A stretch of DNA of 64,000 nucleotides from Octopus vulgaris (Eukaryota): NCBI GenBank assembly GCA_951406725.2, contig OX597826.1, positions 5,518,001 to 5,582,000 on the forward strand, written 5' to 3'. Both the position numbers and the translations under genes were made by a program. This document shows positions 15,060-30,039 of this stretch, one piece after another; the first letter of the stretch is position 1; every line of letters begins with the position of its first letter. The notes beneath the pieces are model-generated. The model saw nothing but the letters and a program-made list of their open reading frames with translations. It made no database searches and was not told the DNA's origin.

Positions 15060-16030
15060 AATTTATGCAAACATTACTTCTTTAAAATAAAATTATCTGT
15101 CAGCAATAACAAAGAAAAGCTTTGTCTTTATGTTGAATCACATGAGTTTGGTGTCAATGTGAAAAAATGAAAGAGCCGTATTAAATACATAACATTTAAC
15201 ATCTTAGATATTAGATAATTGCTTGCATCTGTATAAGTGCTTTTATACATTATTCATCTTATTTTTGTTGTGGATTTTCTTCATAATGTTGCCGTGGGAG
15301 TGCCGAAAGTTTCTGCTATTTGTACTGGTTATATCTGAAAGTAGCTTTAGCAGTTTATGTTTGTACTGGGACATTTGATACGTACTTGAATAAATAGAAA
15401 GACCATATGCTTTCCCCTCCTCCCCTCAAACCACGACAATGGAGATTTCAAATATTAGCGAAAAAGTAAATCAACTACGAGATTAACAACAATACTGACA
15501 CGTAAATACACCAGCTAACACAGAACACACCAAAGAATACACATATCTATGAGAGTACACACGCGCACACACACTGATACATGGATTTAGCACACATACA
15601 CGCTTGTGTGTCTGTTTGTGTCTGCATGGTTTTCTGTTAGAAGCATCAGAAGATTATGGTTAGTTTCCAGTGGGATCCACACGTGGAATTGTTAGTATTC
15701 CCAGTGCCATTCTCTAGAGTATTGGAGAGCATCTTGATAGGCAGGACATAAACGAAAAAACTGCTGATTCTGTGAAGATAAAAATATAAAAAACATAGAC
15801 GTAAAATAGACTTTGGAAGACTTTAAAAAAAAGCTGGAAAAAAATGTTTTTCTTTTAAATTTTGAATGTTGTATGTTTTCTTATTCGTTGTTTCAATTCT
15901 AAAACACATCAGTTGAGAATATTCAGTCGCTTTAAAGATAACAAGGAAGAGATTTTTTTAAACGATATATATGCATTTATGTATATATATGTTTGTATAT
16001 ATATATGTATGTATGTAAGTATATATATAT

Positions 16031-16087
<57 letters not shown>

Positions 16088-16528
16088 CAACATGAGATAA
16101 AAAATACAAGGCTTTGGATAGTTTTCAAAACATTTATAAAGAGGTCTGACATCAGAGACGGTTCGAGAAAATGTTAGACAAAAGTAATAGTTATTATAGA
16201 GCAGATATGAAATACAGAGTGAAGTGGAGGAATGAAAACTGACGTGAGATACGTAAGGATATTGTATCTGCAGTTCAATTATTTAAGCAGAATGGTGTAT
16301 ATATGTTTCCTGTATCTCGTGTGAGAATCTGTCCATAGTACTTACTCAGCATTACTCGACACATTTGGGCCTTCTTGACACCAATACTTCTCATAGCCAA
16401 TACACACACACGCACTCACACATATATATGTATATATACACACATAATTACGTGTGTGTAAGTATATATCGTATATACGTGTGTGTATATATACTTATAT
16501 ATATATATATGTCAATATATGCTTGTAT

Positions 16529-16601
<73 letters not shown>

Positions 16602-19600
16602 CATATATGTGTGTGTGTGTCTATTATTTGCGTAAGCAACTTTCCAAAATACGACAAAATCTGTTTCAACATTTAATTTTACATTGAGTAGCCTGCATTT
16701 CAAATGCAAAAGCGTAATGTCCATACACATGTATACACAAATGCGTACACCCGCGCATACACACACACACGCACATAATATGCGATTTTACCATTTTTAA
16801 AATTGAATGAAATTTAATAGTATTTTAGAACGTCAATTGGAATTTAAAATTATTTTTATGCATTTGTGTACATTTAAACCAATTAAATATTATGTTACAG
16901 AATAATAGAATTAAAATTTCTTTGATTAAAACCCTTTCTAACATGGAAGTATCGAAATACCATTTGAGGCCCATAATGTTTTATGAATACAAAAAAGGAG
17001 ACTCTGCAGCGGTAGCGACTCGAAACATACACTGAGTTTATGGGAAAGGATGCTCGAACGAAAGATATTGCAGCAGATGATTTGCAAAATTCAGAAGTAG
17101 AGATTTCAGCCATGAAGATAAAGATCGAACAGGACGTCCAGTTGAGTTTGATCAAAAGCTCCGTGAGGCATTAGCTGAAGTAAATCCTGCATTATCAGTT
17201 GAAGAATTGACAATAAAGCTTACAAATGCTCATCGTTATCTTCAACAACTTGGAAAGGTTCCTAAACTTGGAAAATGGATGCCTCATGAATTGCGCGAAA
17301 GCAACCGTAAATCCCGAGTTGACATATGCTCTTCTCTCAATTCTCGCGAACTCATTTGACCCTTTTTGGATAGGCTTGTGACTGGTGTAGAAAAATGGAT
17401 CTTCTATTGAAATATTAAACGTCGTAAACAGTGGCTTGGTAAAAGGGGGAAAAAAAGCTCAACCACAACCGAGAAGTGAACTTCATGTGAAAAAGGTTAT
17501 TCTCTCTATCTGGTAGGATTGCAAAGGAGTAATTCGCTTTGAATTGTTACCACCTAATACAACAATCAATGCTCAAGTCTACTGTCAGTAATTAGAGCGT
17601 TTGAACCAATCTTTGAAGAAAAAAAGACCCGCTTTAGTGAATCGAAAAGAAATCATGTTTCATCAGGACAACGCGCGACCCCACACTGCAAAGATCACAT
17701 CACAGAGGGTCGAAGAGCTTGGTTGGGAAAAAATTCCTCATCCATCTTATACTCCCGACCTTTCTCCTTCAGACTACCATTTGTTTCGTAGTTTACAGAA
17801 TCATTTGGGGGACATAACTTTCGCAAGCGTGGAGAAGGTCGAAACTGACATTTCAGAGTTCTTCGCTTTGAAACCAAAGAGTTTTACATTGATGGGGTTA
17901 AAAAGCTTATAAATAGATGGAAGGAAGTCATAGATAATCAGGGAAGGTACATTGATGATTAAATTTCAATTAAATATAACATTTGATAACTTGTCTTCTG
18001 TATTCAAAATTCGGACAGAATTTATGGAATGACCTGAGAGAATATTATGTGTGTGTGTATATAAAGATATACAACACAGAATACACGCACCTATCTGCCA
18101 ACCTATCTACCTATCCACCTGACAGGAATTAAATTTGAAGAATGTCGTAGCCTTAAACGCCATGATCAGGCTAGTGTAGGTATTCTCGAAATGAACGTCT
18201 TTCAATGCCTGAATATTTCTTGATAATATATGCAAAAAACTTATCCCTCTCTTCTAAGAACTCGAACCGCAGAAGATTAATGATTACTCCTGCTAATTCC
18301 ATAGAAAAATCCTTACGGACTAAGGAGGTTAGAGCATATCTAGATTACTGTGGTCAGGGTACAACTCGGAGTACGAGATAACAACCTCTCAACAGAGTAC
18401 CAGTCAACTGCAAGATTCTCCAGGTGCCACCGTTACTCATTACAGAATGTGTGGAAGGATAAATTCATTTCAACTCTTTGTTCCGCACCTTCAGGTTGTA
18501 ACTTGAAACCTCGGGTCGTTGGTCATTACTTTATACTAATATAATGTACGATCTAGGAACGCTTGTCGTTATAAGCGATTGACTCTTCATACAAAAACCT
18601 GGGTTTGTGCTCACGCAAGGAATGGGTATCCCTTCAATGAAATGAAACGCAGTAATTATTGTTGGTGGCGAGCTATAGGTCAACTTTGATAATGCAGACC
18701 TAAGCGGGAAGGCATTGCAGATATTGTCAGTCAAACTTTTCATGACTTTTCAAGACTGCATTATCTTTCACCGATTTGGGTGTGATTTGAAGGAGATTTA
18801 TTTCATTTGTAACGATGCAGTGTGTGTGATGGAGACAGGTCTTGTTATCTATAAGAAACAGAGAGAGGCCAGATAGGCGTCCTTTTGTTTGCTTGAGATG
18901 CTAGATAGCTTCACTAAATCGCTCGCGCTCTTTATCTTCTTATATCGATCAAACTTATAGAATAGAGAAATTAACAGTTTATAGTGTTTGTATGAGATGG
19001 GTTATGACGCTGACCGACAAAATTAAGGACAATATAATAGATTTTATATAAAATCTATTATGTATATAATGGATTAGGAATCGAACCTCCTGTAGTATTT
19101 CCGCATATATTCGTATCTTTGTCTTATTAGATGACCCAGTGAATACCATAGATGTCATATCATACTTGAAATTGAAAGCAGTTTTCTAAATATTCGGCTC
19201 TCCTACATGTCGGTGAGGTTACAGTAGTACATATAAAATATTTCTATAAATAACTGATTTCAATATCTATACACAAGCTTTTGTGTAGGTTGTATACTCC
19301 ACTTTGATATTAGCCAAAATGCCTTGTATACTCAAAGCGTGGAAAGTCGTCACATTTGACCGTGACGCACAGACGTTTACATGAATAAATTTAGATTTAC
19401 ATCATAATGCGTTGCCACATTTTTATTGTCAATCCACGGTATACACGTCCAGTTGCGAAACAATGGTTTTCAGATTGAATGAAACAGTAAAAATGAAGCG
19501 AGCAAGGATATACTTCCTCTTTGGCAAATTGATGACTACGTAGTCACTACACATAGACCTCAAAAGCCTACGCAACCGGATTGGAGCTAGCACGTCGTTA

Positions 19601-20273
19601 GAACCAGGAGCGTACATTCCAGCAGTGCTAGGTATGCGCTGCACAACCGTAAAAAAATGGCAAATTCATTATAAATGTTAAACTTACTCATTAATTTAAT
19701 GATAAATCTTAATGGGAAACCCTTTGTTATACCTTTGCTTGAAATTTAGTGACAGTGGGAACGCAGCACACAATACTACCACCGCCATACATCACTCACG
19801 AATTATCACCGATTCCATTTTGAAATCAGTGATTTCGAGTGCGGTTGTTCTCTGATTCGGAAGAATGCATATATTTCTGTTCATATAGCTTTGCAAGTGT
19901 GACTTCGGTGTACGTGTATTTTCTGTTTTGGTACTCTCAATAATGTCTGAATGCATGGTATATTTATAAGGACAGATATTATAATTTTCAGTGCACATTA
20001 TCTTTGGTATTCAAGGTGAGAAGTAGGTTCTGATGATCATTTCGGAAGGTAACAGTAATAAGTTTATAGGGACGGGGATTTTGAGACACATATTTGAGCT
20101 GAGGGTGCTTTGCAAGCATGGCCCGTAAGTGAACGACACATGCGGCTTTCTTTAATTACGTTAATATCATGATGATTCTTAGGGATTTTGCAAAGTTGCA
20201 TCATTATAAACTAAAAACAGCGGTGGTTCAGTATGTATGCATCAATGTATGTATTAAGTATCTAGAGAGAGAC

Positions 20274-20309
<36 letters not shown>

Positions 20310-20498
20310 GGAAAGAGAGAGAGAGAAACATAAATACATTGACAGATATCAATATGAGCCCATATTTATATATATATATATATTTGTATACGTATGTGTG
20401 TGTGTAAGTACACAGACATGTATACACATGCACAGACATATATGTGTATGTTTGTGTATGCACACATACACACACGTATATATACACATACATGCATA

Positions 20499-20590
<92 letters not shown>

Positions 20591-20890
20591 TACAGCTTTT
20601 TTGTGGGAAAGGGGAAATTTCATGCTAGTATTCTTACTGTTCCTATATGCAAGATTGTGACCTAATAACAACTTTTACGCATGTGTGTTGGTTTCCAGCA
20701 AGTGGTTGTTTATTCACGATACCACTGGGGAATAATGTCTAAACATTGGTGAATGTCTATGTCGCAATATACTGCTGTTGTTGATGCAGGCATTTCTGGT
20801 GGTTTGTGTATTTATCTTGTCAAATCAATTCAGTGTACTGTACAGAAGAATGCCCTGACTAAGGAATAAATGTATGTCATAGAAACATTT
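15060..20890 (+). pseudogene. Candidate decayed Toll-like receptor pseudogene 3 (best-ordered copy)
   Basis: NYLSAITKKSF (15091), LHFDISQNAL (19297), INLDLHHNAL (19385), LRRCT-like LMINLNGKPF (19696), TM-like VFSVLVLSIM (~19915), RDF (20181), SSKW (20694), RNILLLLMQGI (20763), EECP (20845); interrupted by a mariner element. Confidence 0.5.
16790..18037 (+). mobile_element. Mariner (DD34D) transposon, near full length, transposase inactivated
   Basis: Transposase 16943-17962 with stops and frameshifts: MEVSKYHLR, WMPHEL, LVTGVEKW, FHQDNARPH, HPSYTPDLSPSDYHLF; right TIR-like end CGGACAGAATTTATGGAATGACCTGA. Confidence 0.95.
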
Positions 20891-20942
20891 CACAACGTCC
20901 ATCATATCTTTTTTTTTTTTCATTTTAAAGTCCATGCTTATA

Positions 20943-21515
20943 TTGGGTTGTCCGGAAAGTTCGTGCCGATTTTTAAAGGAAAGAAAAAGGTCAATAAATA
21001 CTTGTCATTACCCGAGAGTTACCAGGTGCTTATGAACGACATATTTTGATAGGTTGAGGCTTTCTGCCAATTCTCGAGTTGTGCAATGCTGGTTATTCTC
21101 AATTAATGACTTGATTTAGTCATCATCTGTAGTGGATGGTCTGCCTGATCGCTCTTTATCAATAAGGCGACAATCTCCAGCTCGGAACCATGCGAACAAC
21201 TCCGTACAGTTCTTTCGGATAAAGAAACAGCACTGTAAACGACGCATATTTCTTTGGTCGCTTGTGAGGCCTTTTTCCCTTTACGGAAAAAGAAAAGCAT
21301 CAAGTGCCGAAAATGAACTTTATTATCTTCCATTTTAAAGGGTTACAGAACTAACACAGGTTATAGGGACATACACCTTCTTCCACGAAATGATAGCAAA
21401 AACTGTGCTCTAAATGGAGGTGTAGTCAAATCTTATTTTATGGACTCAAACATGTTCTAAAATAAGTCGAAAGGTAAGCTACTATAAATCGGCACGAACT
21501 TCCCGGACAACCCAA
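20943..21515 (-). mobile_element. Internally deleted mariner element with intact TIRs
   Basis: 30-bp TIRs TTGGGTTGTCCGGAAAGTTCGTGCCGATTT (1 mismatch) flanked by TA; N-terminal HTH remnant MEDNKVHFRHLMLFFFRKGKKASQATKEIC. Confidence 0.95.
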
Positions 21516-21736
21516 TATTTTTGATGTGAGGGATTTGCGTTTGTGCGTACCGGGTTGACCAGATTTATGCTTATAAGATGTATATGTAAGGTGAATGGTT
21601 GAGATTTTGCATGTGCTGCAACATATACGTTTATCGACTATCCTTCCTTGAATTCTATGAGCAATAATTATATTTTTATATGAGATTTGTTCCATATACT
21701 TTATAAATCCCCATTGTAAGAATTATGAAGATCACG

Positions 21737-22208
21737 AAGTAATCCCTCGACTATCACAGGTGTTACGTTACAACTCCAGCTGCGGCAGGTGAAAATCCTC
21801 GAAGTAGAAACAGTACTGTATATCTTTTTATTTTTTTAATAATATGTATATAACTATTTTTATTATAAATGCAAAACATCACACACTCGCCTCACGAGTT
21901 TCGTTTCTATACAATATGTGAGATTTTTTATTTACTCATCTACGGTACAATACGTATTTTCATTTAATATAACTTAAATAATGTGTTATACAGTGCAGCA
22001 CTGTACTGTATTTTTAATTATTTATTAATTTCTAGGCGTGAGAATGCCTAGATATATTTAAAATCTAAAAATATATAAATACCGATCGGCCGCAGAAATT
22101 CGTGATATACTGAGGAGTCTGCGATATAAATATACATATATTAGCCAGAAAAATCCACGATGTACAGAGAGCGCGATAGGCGAACCGCGATATGGCGAGT
22201 GATTACTG
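21737..22208. mobile_element. pogo/Tigger-like MITE
   Basis: Imperfect TIRs AGTAATCCCTCGACTATC / GATATGGCGAGTGATTACTG followed by TA; non-coding interior. Confidence 0.7.
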
Positions 22209-23813
22209 TATAAAAAGCAGCAGCGAAAAGACGGAGAAATTAAATAAAAATATGTTATGATCATATTATTCTCAGTCGCGTTTTTTGATGTTCTAGAAGG
22301 AGTACCAGTCTGATGTTTTGCGTCACATCTTGGGGTTATTTGTATTATTATACCGAGATTCTTTTCAGTGCATATATGTCGTCACTAAATATGCTGACTG
22401 AACTGATATTGTCTAAAAGTGTTCTTGTCTGATTGGTGGTAGAGTATTTGGTACTGGTATTTATATCTATATTTCGTTTTGGATCCTTACCGAATGCTTA
22501 TACACCTGTTTTCTAGTTGGCTCTTATTTTCGTCTTGTAGATATTTATGGCAACTTTGTACTGTGTTCTGTGCGTTACAAGCCATCCATGGTAAATTGCG
22601 TTGGTTTTTTTCCCTATCGTGGTTTTATTTGAAATGACGAGAGTATTGAGTTGGCTTTGTAATTTCCTTTCTTGGATTATTGATAGAAGACTGCCGTGTC
22701 TACTGATTAAATTTTACACTTCCTTGAAATAATGTTTTAGAGAAATCGTGTTGTATTTTGGTATTTCCTCTTTTATGTGTAATGTTTTGTTGTGATTCGT
22801 TGTATGTTTGCGTGAGGTTTCGGATTTGTTTTGCTTGCTTGAATTCGTGTGAGTGTTGTGCTTGATTAAATCTACCTATACGAGTTTCATGCTGTGCATA
22901 TTGTGTGGATTTGTCCACGTAAAATTATTTTCTCTCTAGGTGTTTATTTTTGTAAGATCCGCATTTCTAACATTTTATCTTTCAGTCGGTGTTCCATTAG
23001 TGACCACATATTCGTTTCTTTTCTGCTATAGTGATTTTGAATTTATATTATTCAATATAATTCTTTTCCAACAGAAACTGCAGGTGCAATTTTTAGATAT
23101 ATTTAGATCTTACTAAACTAACGACCGTGTGTAGTTACAATTGTAAGTAAAATATTTCTATAACTGTCATATCCTAGCGAACACGTGTCATCTTATTTTC
23201 TAAAGACGCTAGAGTTTCTTTGAGGGATATATTACAGCTGTTTCTAGCAGGGTGAGAATCATCGTAGAAGATTGACAAGTATTAATAGAAACTGATGGAA
23301 TGGAAATTTTTTTTATTGTGCATAACTGACTGACTTACTGTATAGAATGAAGTTTCTCCAGAAACTGATTTCATATCCTATCGGAATCATATTTAGTGTT
23401 ATTACTCCGCAAATGGATGAATTATGTACTGTTCTTAAGTTTTACTGAACTCAATATTGCATAACACTTCCTTCCGAATGTGTGGCCTTGTATATATGGA
23501 ATACACGAATACATTTTTTAAACCATTTACGTCTGCGTTTATATGGCTGTTGCGTGATGATATCTTTTACCAAAACGACAAGACACATAAAATATATGGA
23601 GAAGATATATGCAAAAAAATAAATGATGTTTATAGATTTAATATTCAACGAGATATATGATGTCGATGTATATAGTTGTCAGAAGGGTGGAAAATGATAT
23701 CGAAAATCCCTTCCATTTTAGAAAATGTGTAATACGTAGATTGCTCCGTAAGTAGATAAATGTATAGATTGACAAATGTATAAACAGAAAAATAGACAGA
23801 TAGACAAACAGAC

Positions 23814-24175
<362 letters not shown>

Positions 24176-24779
24176 TTAGAAAGAGAGATGGAGAGTTGGG
24201 TGTTGGTTTTGCAATGAGAGTATCATTTCAAGGTTTACGAGACAGATTGTGAAGAACTATGAAAAATTTACTGATCATAGATAAAGAGCAAATCATCAGA
24301 TAATAAGACAGAAACAAAGAAATATAAGGATTTTATTTCGTGATAAAAGAAATTAAAGCCAGCGATTTCGAGAAAGAAAATATTCCATATAATAAAAAGA
24401 GAGAAATAGAAGGAACAACTTGTGAAATGAAAGAAATGTAATATTAAGTCATGTTATTTCATGGCTAGTGGATGGTATCGAATGTTTATTGAAGGTAAAA
24501 TAATAAGACTAAGAAAGAGAGAAAACAACAAATAAATAAATATAGAATATGGCAGTCGATTTGTTGTATGTTTAGTGAAATGGAAAACAACCTGACTTTA
24601 TCGAAATCACAAAAGCTTTCGAGCTTTATTCTTGACCTTCATGTGATCTGTCAGCCTTAAAACAATGAAAACCAAACAAAACGATGTATAAATATCGATT
24701 GACTGTCTCTAAGTGAATTTTCTTTTAATGAAATCCTCTCCTCCTCGATTTTATCTGTTGTTTTATTGTTGACTTTAAA

Positions 24780-26128
24780 TGTCTACGACTCCTCTCTTAC
24801 TTTTTTCATAGTTTTCCTGGCATTTTCTCTTACCTATCATCATTCTCTATCTCTCCAAATCTTCCGATCTCACTCACTCTCTCCTTCATTTTCTACTTTG
24901 CTTTCATTGTTGGAAATCGTAAGTTATACAAATTGCAATATATCACGACATTTTTTTTCTACGTTAAACAGAACTGCTCCACACTCTACTGGAATGGATC
25001 AACATCCCTAAAAATTCTCTCCTAAAGATATATCGAAATAAAAATCATTGTTCCGTAACGGAAACTACTATAAAATACTGGGAACGAGATATACGGTTGT
25101 TTTAACAAAGTGACAAATTTCCTTACAAATATCGCATACATATGCCAGCTTTATTTTTATCCATTGAGCGGGAGTTTAATTCCCGGTTTATTTAGGGATT
25201 TCAGACATCGTATAATCCCATTCTAAAGAAAAACAAATTGCGCTTATAATACGATGAACGAAGAAACTTGATGCACAAACATGGCGTATAAACGAATACA
25301 ATATAATATGTAACATCTAATATATGATAAACAATGCATAGTCTAAAGTGCGTCTGAAAGGTAAAAGTATTTAATGGTATTGTTTACTTCTCGTAGAAGC
25401 AGTGTGAAAGGAATAAGAATATGATAAATATATACAATATTTCCACCTATTTCTGCAGTCAATTGCACATTTGCATCTCAGTAAGGGATAATTAAGTTAC
25501 AAATGGCTTTACGGGTTTACATTCGCTTTACACATTTGTATGTATTATTCTTATTTAGTATAATACGTGAGATAATTTAGTTTTGGATTTTGGCCGGAAA
25601 CAAACGCTATAGAATAAATATTTTCTTAATGTAAAGCGAAAAGATTCTACGAAATAAAATTCCTTACCCCAATGTACACTACACTAAAATAGTATAAAAG
25701 AAAGAGAATTTAACATCACTAAATATTTTCTTTTTAAAGAATCGGTATTTAACGTACCAAACTTTATATAACATTGTGATACTGTATAATAGTATCATTT
25801 ATATATTTCTGTTATAACAAAAGCTAGAAAACAAGTGATATCCATTTTGCAAGCCTTAAAATGACTTTTCAGTCTATTGACGGAAACGATCCAAAGTGTG
25901 TTCATACTATTGGGATTTAAACTTAGGTTTAGGAGGGATATTCTCAGGCTGTCATCCAATGACTTGTTGTGTATACATACACTGTGCAACTTTACAAGCG
26001 AAATATACAATTGTATTTCTAACACTTTATAAGTCCATTCATATATGTTAACAAAAAATAGCACAACGCTAAAGGTGATGATTTCGTTCATAACATACAT
26101 ATGCACTAACGCAGGTACACACACACGC

Positions 26129-26165
<37 letters not shown>

Positions 26166-26219
26166 AATATATACTTATATATATTTATATGTATATATAT
26201 ATTTATATACATATATATG

Positions 26220-26259
<40 letters not shown>

Positions 26260-28920
26260 CATAAACATACATATACATATATGTTTACAAATGCATGTAT
26301 ACAATATGTGTGTGAGTATATGTGTGCGTGTGTTACTGTGTACACTGAAACACACGTACATATGTATATATGAATGGCTTTCAGCCCAATTCCTGAGCAC
26401 AGATGTGTATAATCTTTTAAATTTCCAAATTGTGATAATTGTTTTTGAGTATATAAAGTATATTTTTTAGTAATAATAACGGCTCGATTCAACGGTACTC
26501 AAATCAACTGCATGTATTGTCGATAAGAAATATATGTAGGTTGTATGAGCTTATCTTCACCGAGAATTATGCCTGGAAATATGCAAGGGAAACCGAAATA
26601 ATGCACCGCCTCAACTTTAACGATTTACAGGCTTCTCAATCATGATATATTTGTGTGCTGCATATCCGTTTATGTTTGGAAGAGCACCACACCTATGTTA
26701 CATTAAGATAAGCGTAGAAGAGTTGTTATGAAGTGTTTTAGAGTTATACAAAATTCAGTGTCTTCCCTTGAAAATTGGAATTACATTTCGCATATGCTAC
26801 CTTTATCTCTCCGCTAAGGCAATGATCCTCTCTGTTAGTCTAAATTTCAGTATGCATATTTTGTATAAATCCTTCCATGTATGTGTTGTTTCCATGTTAA
26901 TATTTGATTTGTTTGGTAAATTGCGACTGCTAACCCTATCTTCGGTTTCTTATTTAAGATATATATTATAAACATTCTAACATACATGCATATCTATTAA
27001 GCTAAAACGAAAAGAAATAGACCTACGAAAACAAATTCGCTCTCACATTTTTTCAATTATTGCGGAGAATTAATGCGCAGGTGAGAAGATTATATTTTCG
27101 CTTGTACACACGATAGGTTTCTTCATGTAATGCTGTGTATACAAATACAAAAGACTCCAATATGCTATTTTTAATGTTTGTATTTAATTGCAAACACCCG
27201 ATTGGGTTTTAATTCTAAGAAACCTTATGGAAACAGAAATGCTAATATTTTATTTCAACTTTTTTTTCAAGAAATGCGACTTTCAGTCCATTGAATGCAA
27301 AGATATATTGGATCGGTAATGAAAACTTCTAATGAAAAAGATTTTCTCACCAAAGTTTTGTAGCTTTTATTACTTGTTACACGCTGGGATACAAAGATGC
27401 AACACATCATTGATACTATATTTTGATTGCATATTTCTTGGTAAATGTCGGTAGTTTATTAATTTCAAAATCTAAAGCAAAAAAAACTTTTATCCAGATT
27501 AAATTCTCTTCCACTTTTTCTATGTTGTCAGAGAGCAGAAAAGCCATAAAAGGTTTATTCTATACCCATAACCTATTATGAAATTTATTTTAGATTTCTT
27601 GACTCAGTAATTCGAGAGGTCTTTTGCGATATTACAAATTGCTGTTGGTATTTTACGACTATCTACGCTACAGTGTCACAGGCTGCAGTTTTGTTCTCTG
27701 TCCATTTTCAGAGGTTATTATTACGGAACACTATTATGGTCAAAATTTAACTAGTCTTGTAGGTTACTGATATTTATTTCAAGAGAGGAATACCATGCTA
27801 AATGAAATTCATTACCATTGCTATAATATACGTATGAAAACTAATAATGCAAACTTAGTACAAACAATAGACGCTATGAGATTTGTTCATGCCGATATTT
27901 CTTTTTATATTTAACTGACGAAACTGTAAATTAGAAAATAACAAAACTAATTACTTTGGAAAAGGCCAGATCAATGAGAAATAGATTAGTTTTGAAAATA
28001 AATACGTATGTCAGAATTAGTTCTTCAATCAAGAGAATAATTTAGGGATGAAACTTAAGATATTTAAAATTCATCTGTGGGAGGAAAATTAACGAAATCA
28101 GGAGTGACGGAATCAGATCGACATAATTATAGCAACTTAATCATGGTCTCTTCTCTTTTATTAAGTAGATAAAAAATTCCCTGGTCAGATTATTGCTTCT
28201 TTTGGTAGTATTATTTACTGCTATGAAGGCAGCAAGCTTACAGAATCCTTACAGCTTCGGGTAAGGCGGTGAGCTGGTAGAACAGTTAGCACGCCGAGCG
28301 AAATGCGTATCAGTATTTCGTCTGCCGTTACGTTCTGAGCTCAAATTCCGCCGAGGTCGACTTTGCCTTTCATCCTTTCGAGGTCGATAAATTAAGTACC
28401 AGTTACGCACTGGGGTCGTTCTAATCGACTTAATCCGTTTGTCTCTCCTTGTTTGTCCCCTCTGTGTAGCCTCTTGTGGGTAGTAAAGAAATAGGTGTTT
28501 TGACTGTTGTTACGTTCTGAGTTCAAATTCCGGCGAGGTTGAATTTGCCTTTCATCCATTCGAAGTCGATAAATTAAGTACCAGTTACGTACTGGGTCCG
28601 ATCTAATCGACTTAATCCGTTTGTCTGTCCTTGTTTGTCCCCTTTATGTTTAGCCCCTTGTGGGCAATAAAGAAATAAGTATCCTTACAGCTTCGGGCAA
28701 AATACTTAACGGCATGACATCCGATGTTATGTCCTGAGTTCCAATATAGCCAAGATCGATTTTGCCTTTCGTCGTTGTGTAGTCCCCAAAATAAAGTACC
28801 ACTCAAGTATTTAATTTCATTGTTAAGGTTATGATCAAAAGTATCCTTACGTATCTAATAAACTGCGAACAAAGTGCCCAAATTTCTGTGGATAGAATTT
28901 TCTCTTCTGTCAGCTGTTTT
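24780..28920 (+). pseudogene. Candidate decayed Toll-like receptor pseudogene 4
   Basis: Hydrophobic leader in ORF 24766, SYNPIL (25208), NGFTGLHSLYT (25502), DILRLSSNDL (25937), FGKLRLLTLSS (26912), SPKFCSFYYLL (~27346), TM-like ~27630-27710, ENNLGMKL (~28033), LTYL...AQ...DRI (~28846-28900). Confidence 0.42.
28226..28810 (+). mobile_element. Old family A SINE containing a younger two-unit family A SINE (28265-28680)
   Basis: TSD ATCCTTACAGCTTCGGG at 28245-28261 and 28681-28697. Confidence 0.9.
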
Positions 28921-29651
28921 GCATTAATTATATTCTGTACGAAGATATAAGCCTATGAGCCATCAACACATAATATATACGGAGAAGTGTCTATAATATG
29001 CGTGGTTGGCCAGCAGGTCGAACTGCATTATTGGCAATTATTGTTATTCTGTAACCTTAGTTATGCTGAACTGCACTTGGGATGAATTACATTTTATTAA
29101 TTGAAAATATTCCGAGATATATACCAGAACGAATATTCTGATAGAAGTTGTTCATCACAGCAAAATATTTCAGTTTGTAAACAAGGCAGAATAAATTCAT
29201 TAATTGTTATAAATATTTACTGAAATTAATTCTTCCGGGTGCATCGCCTCGCGGTAGTTTTGGCGCAGATCAAAGGTTAGTGTTCATCTCGACGCATGCC
29301 TCTAACTCTCGCTGACCTGTAATGAGTAAAATTTTACATAAGCGTATATAATGCTCGTATTAATAACGATACTCTTTCTTGCTTTGATCGTTCGTGAACA
29401 CATATATCCACAAACAATTTATACGCTCGATTGACTTCAGAATATACGTCCCTATGACGCTTTTGTGAAACATCCTGCATATTAACAACCAATTTCCTGC
29501 AACCTCGTTTTCCGCGGCATTTCATTTTGTTTTGAAATTTTATCTTGATTGTTCGTTAACATTATACTACTATCATTCTGCTTTTGCAATCCTCTGTTTC
29601 TCTAAGAATGTTTGACGTACTATAGATCCGACAATATTATGATACGCTCAA

Positions 29652-29856
29652 CGGCAGCGACCTGGCAGAATCGTTAGCAAAGCTGGGTTGCATTTCGTCC
29701 CTCTAAACGTTCTGGGTTGAAAGTCCGCCTAAGTCGACTTTGCCTTTTGTCATTTCAGGGTCAACAACACATGTACCAGTCGAGCACTGGCTTCGATGTG
29801 ATCGACTTAACCCAGTCCCCAGACTTGCTGGCCTTTTGCTCAAATTCGAAAAAACT
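29652..29856 (+). mobile_element. SINE family A, diverged
   Basis: GGCAGCGACCTGGCAGAATCGTTAGC...GTCGACTTTGCCTTT. Confidence 0.8.
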
Positions 29857-30039
29857 AGCATATGTGCTGCTTCTTTTAGTTTTTGTATTTTCCAATGGTG
29901 TTCTCTGTCTATTATTTTAACTTCATAAAAGGTTCATTTTAAGTTTTCGATTTGTGAGAGGTAACCTAAAACATAAATTTATAAAAGCTTCTATGGTCGA
30001 AGCACGTTCACTTGATAACTAGTATTTAAAACAAAACCT

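Noticed and set aside
21520-23700. Further LRR-like strings (SLNMLTELILSK, MKFLQKLI, FTELNIA) or a decayed Penelope on the minus strand
   Set aside because: No ordered LRRCT/TM/TIR and no diagnostic GIY-YIG motif; within chance expectation
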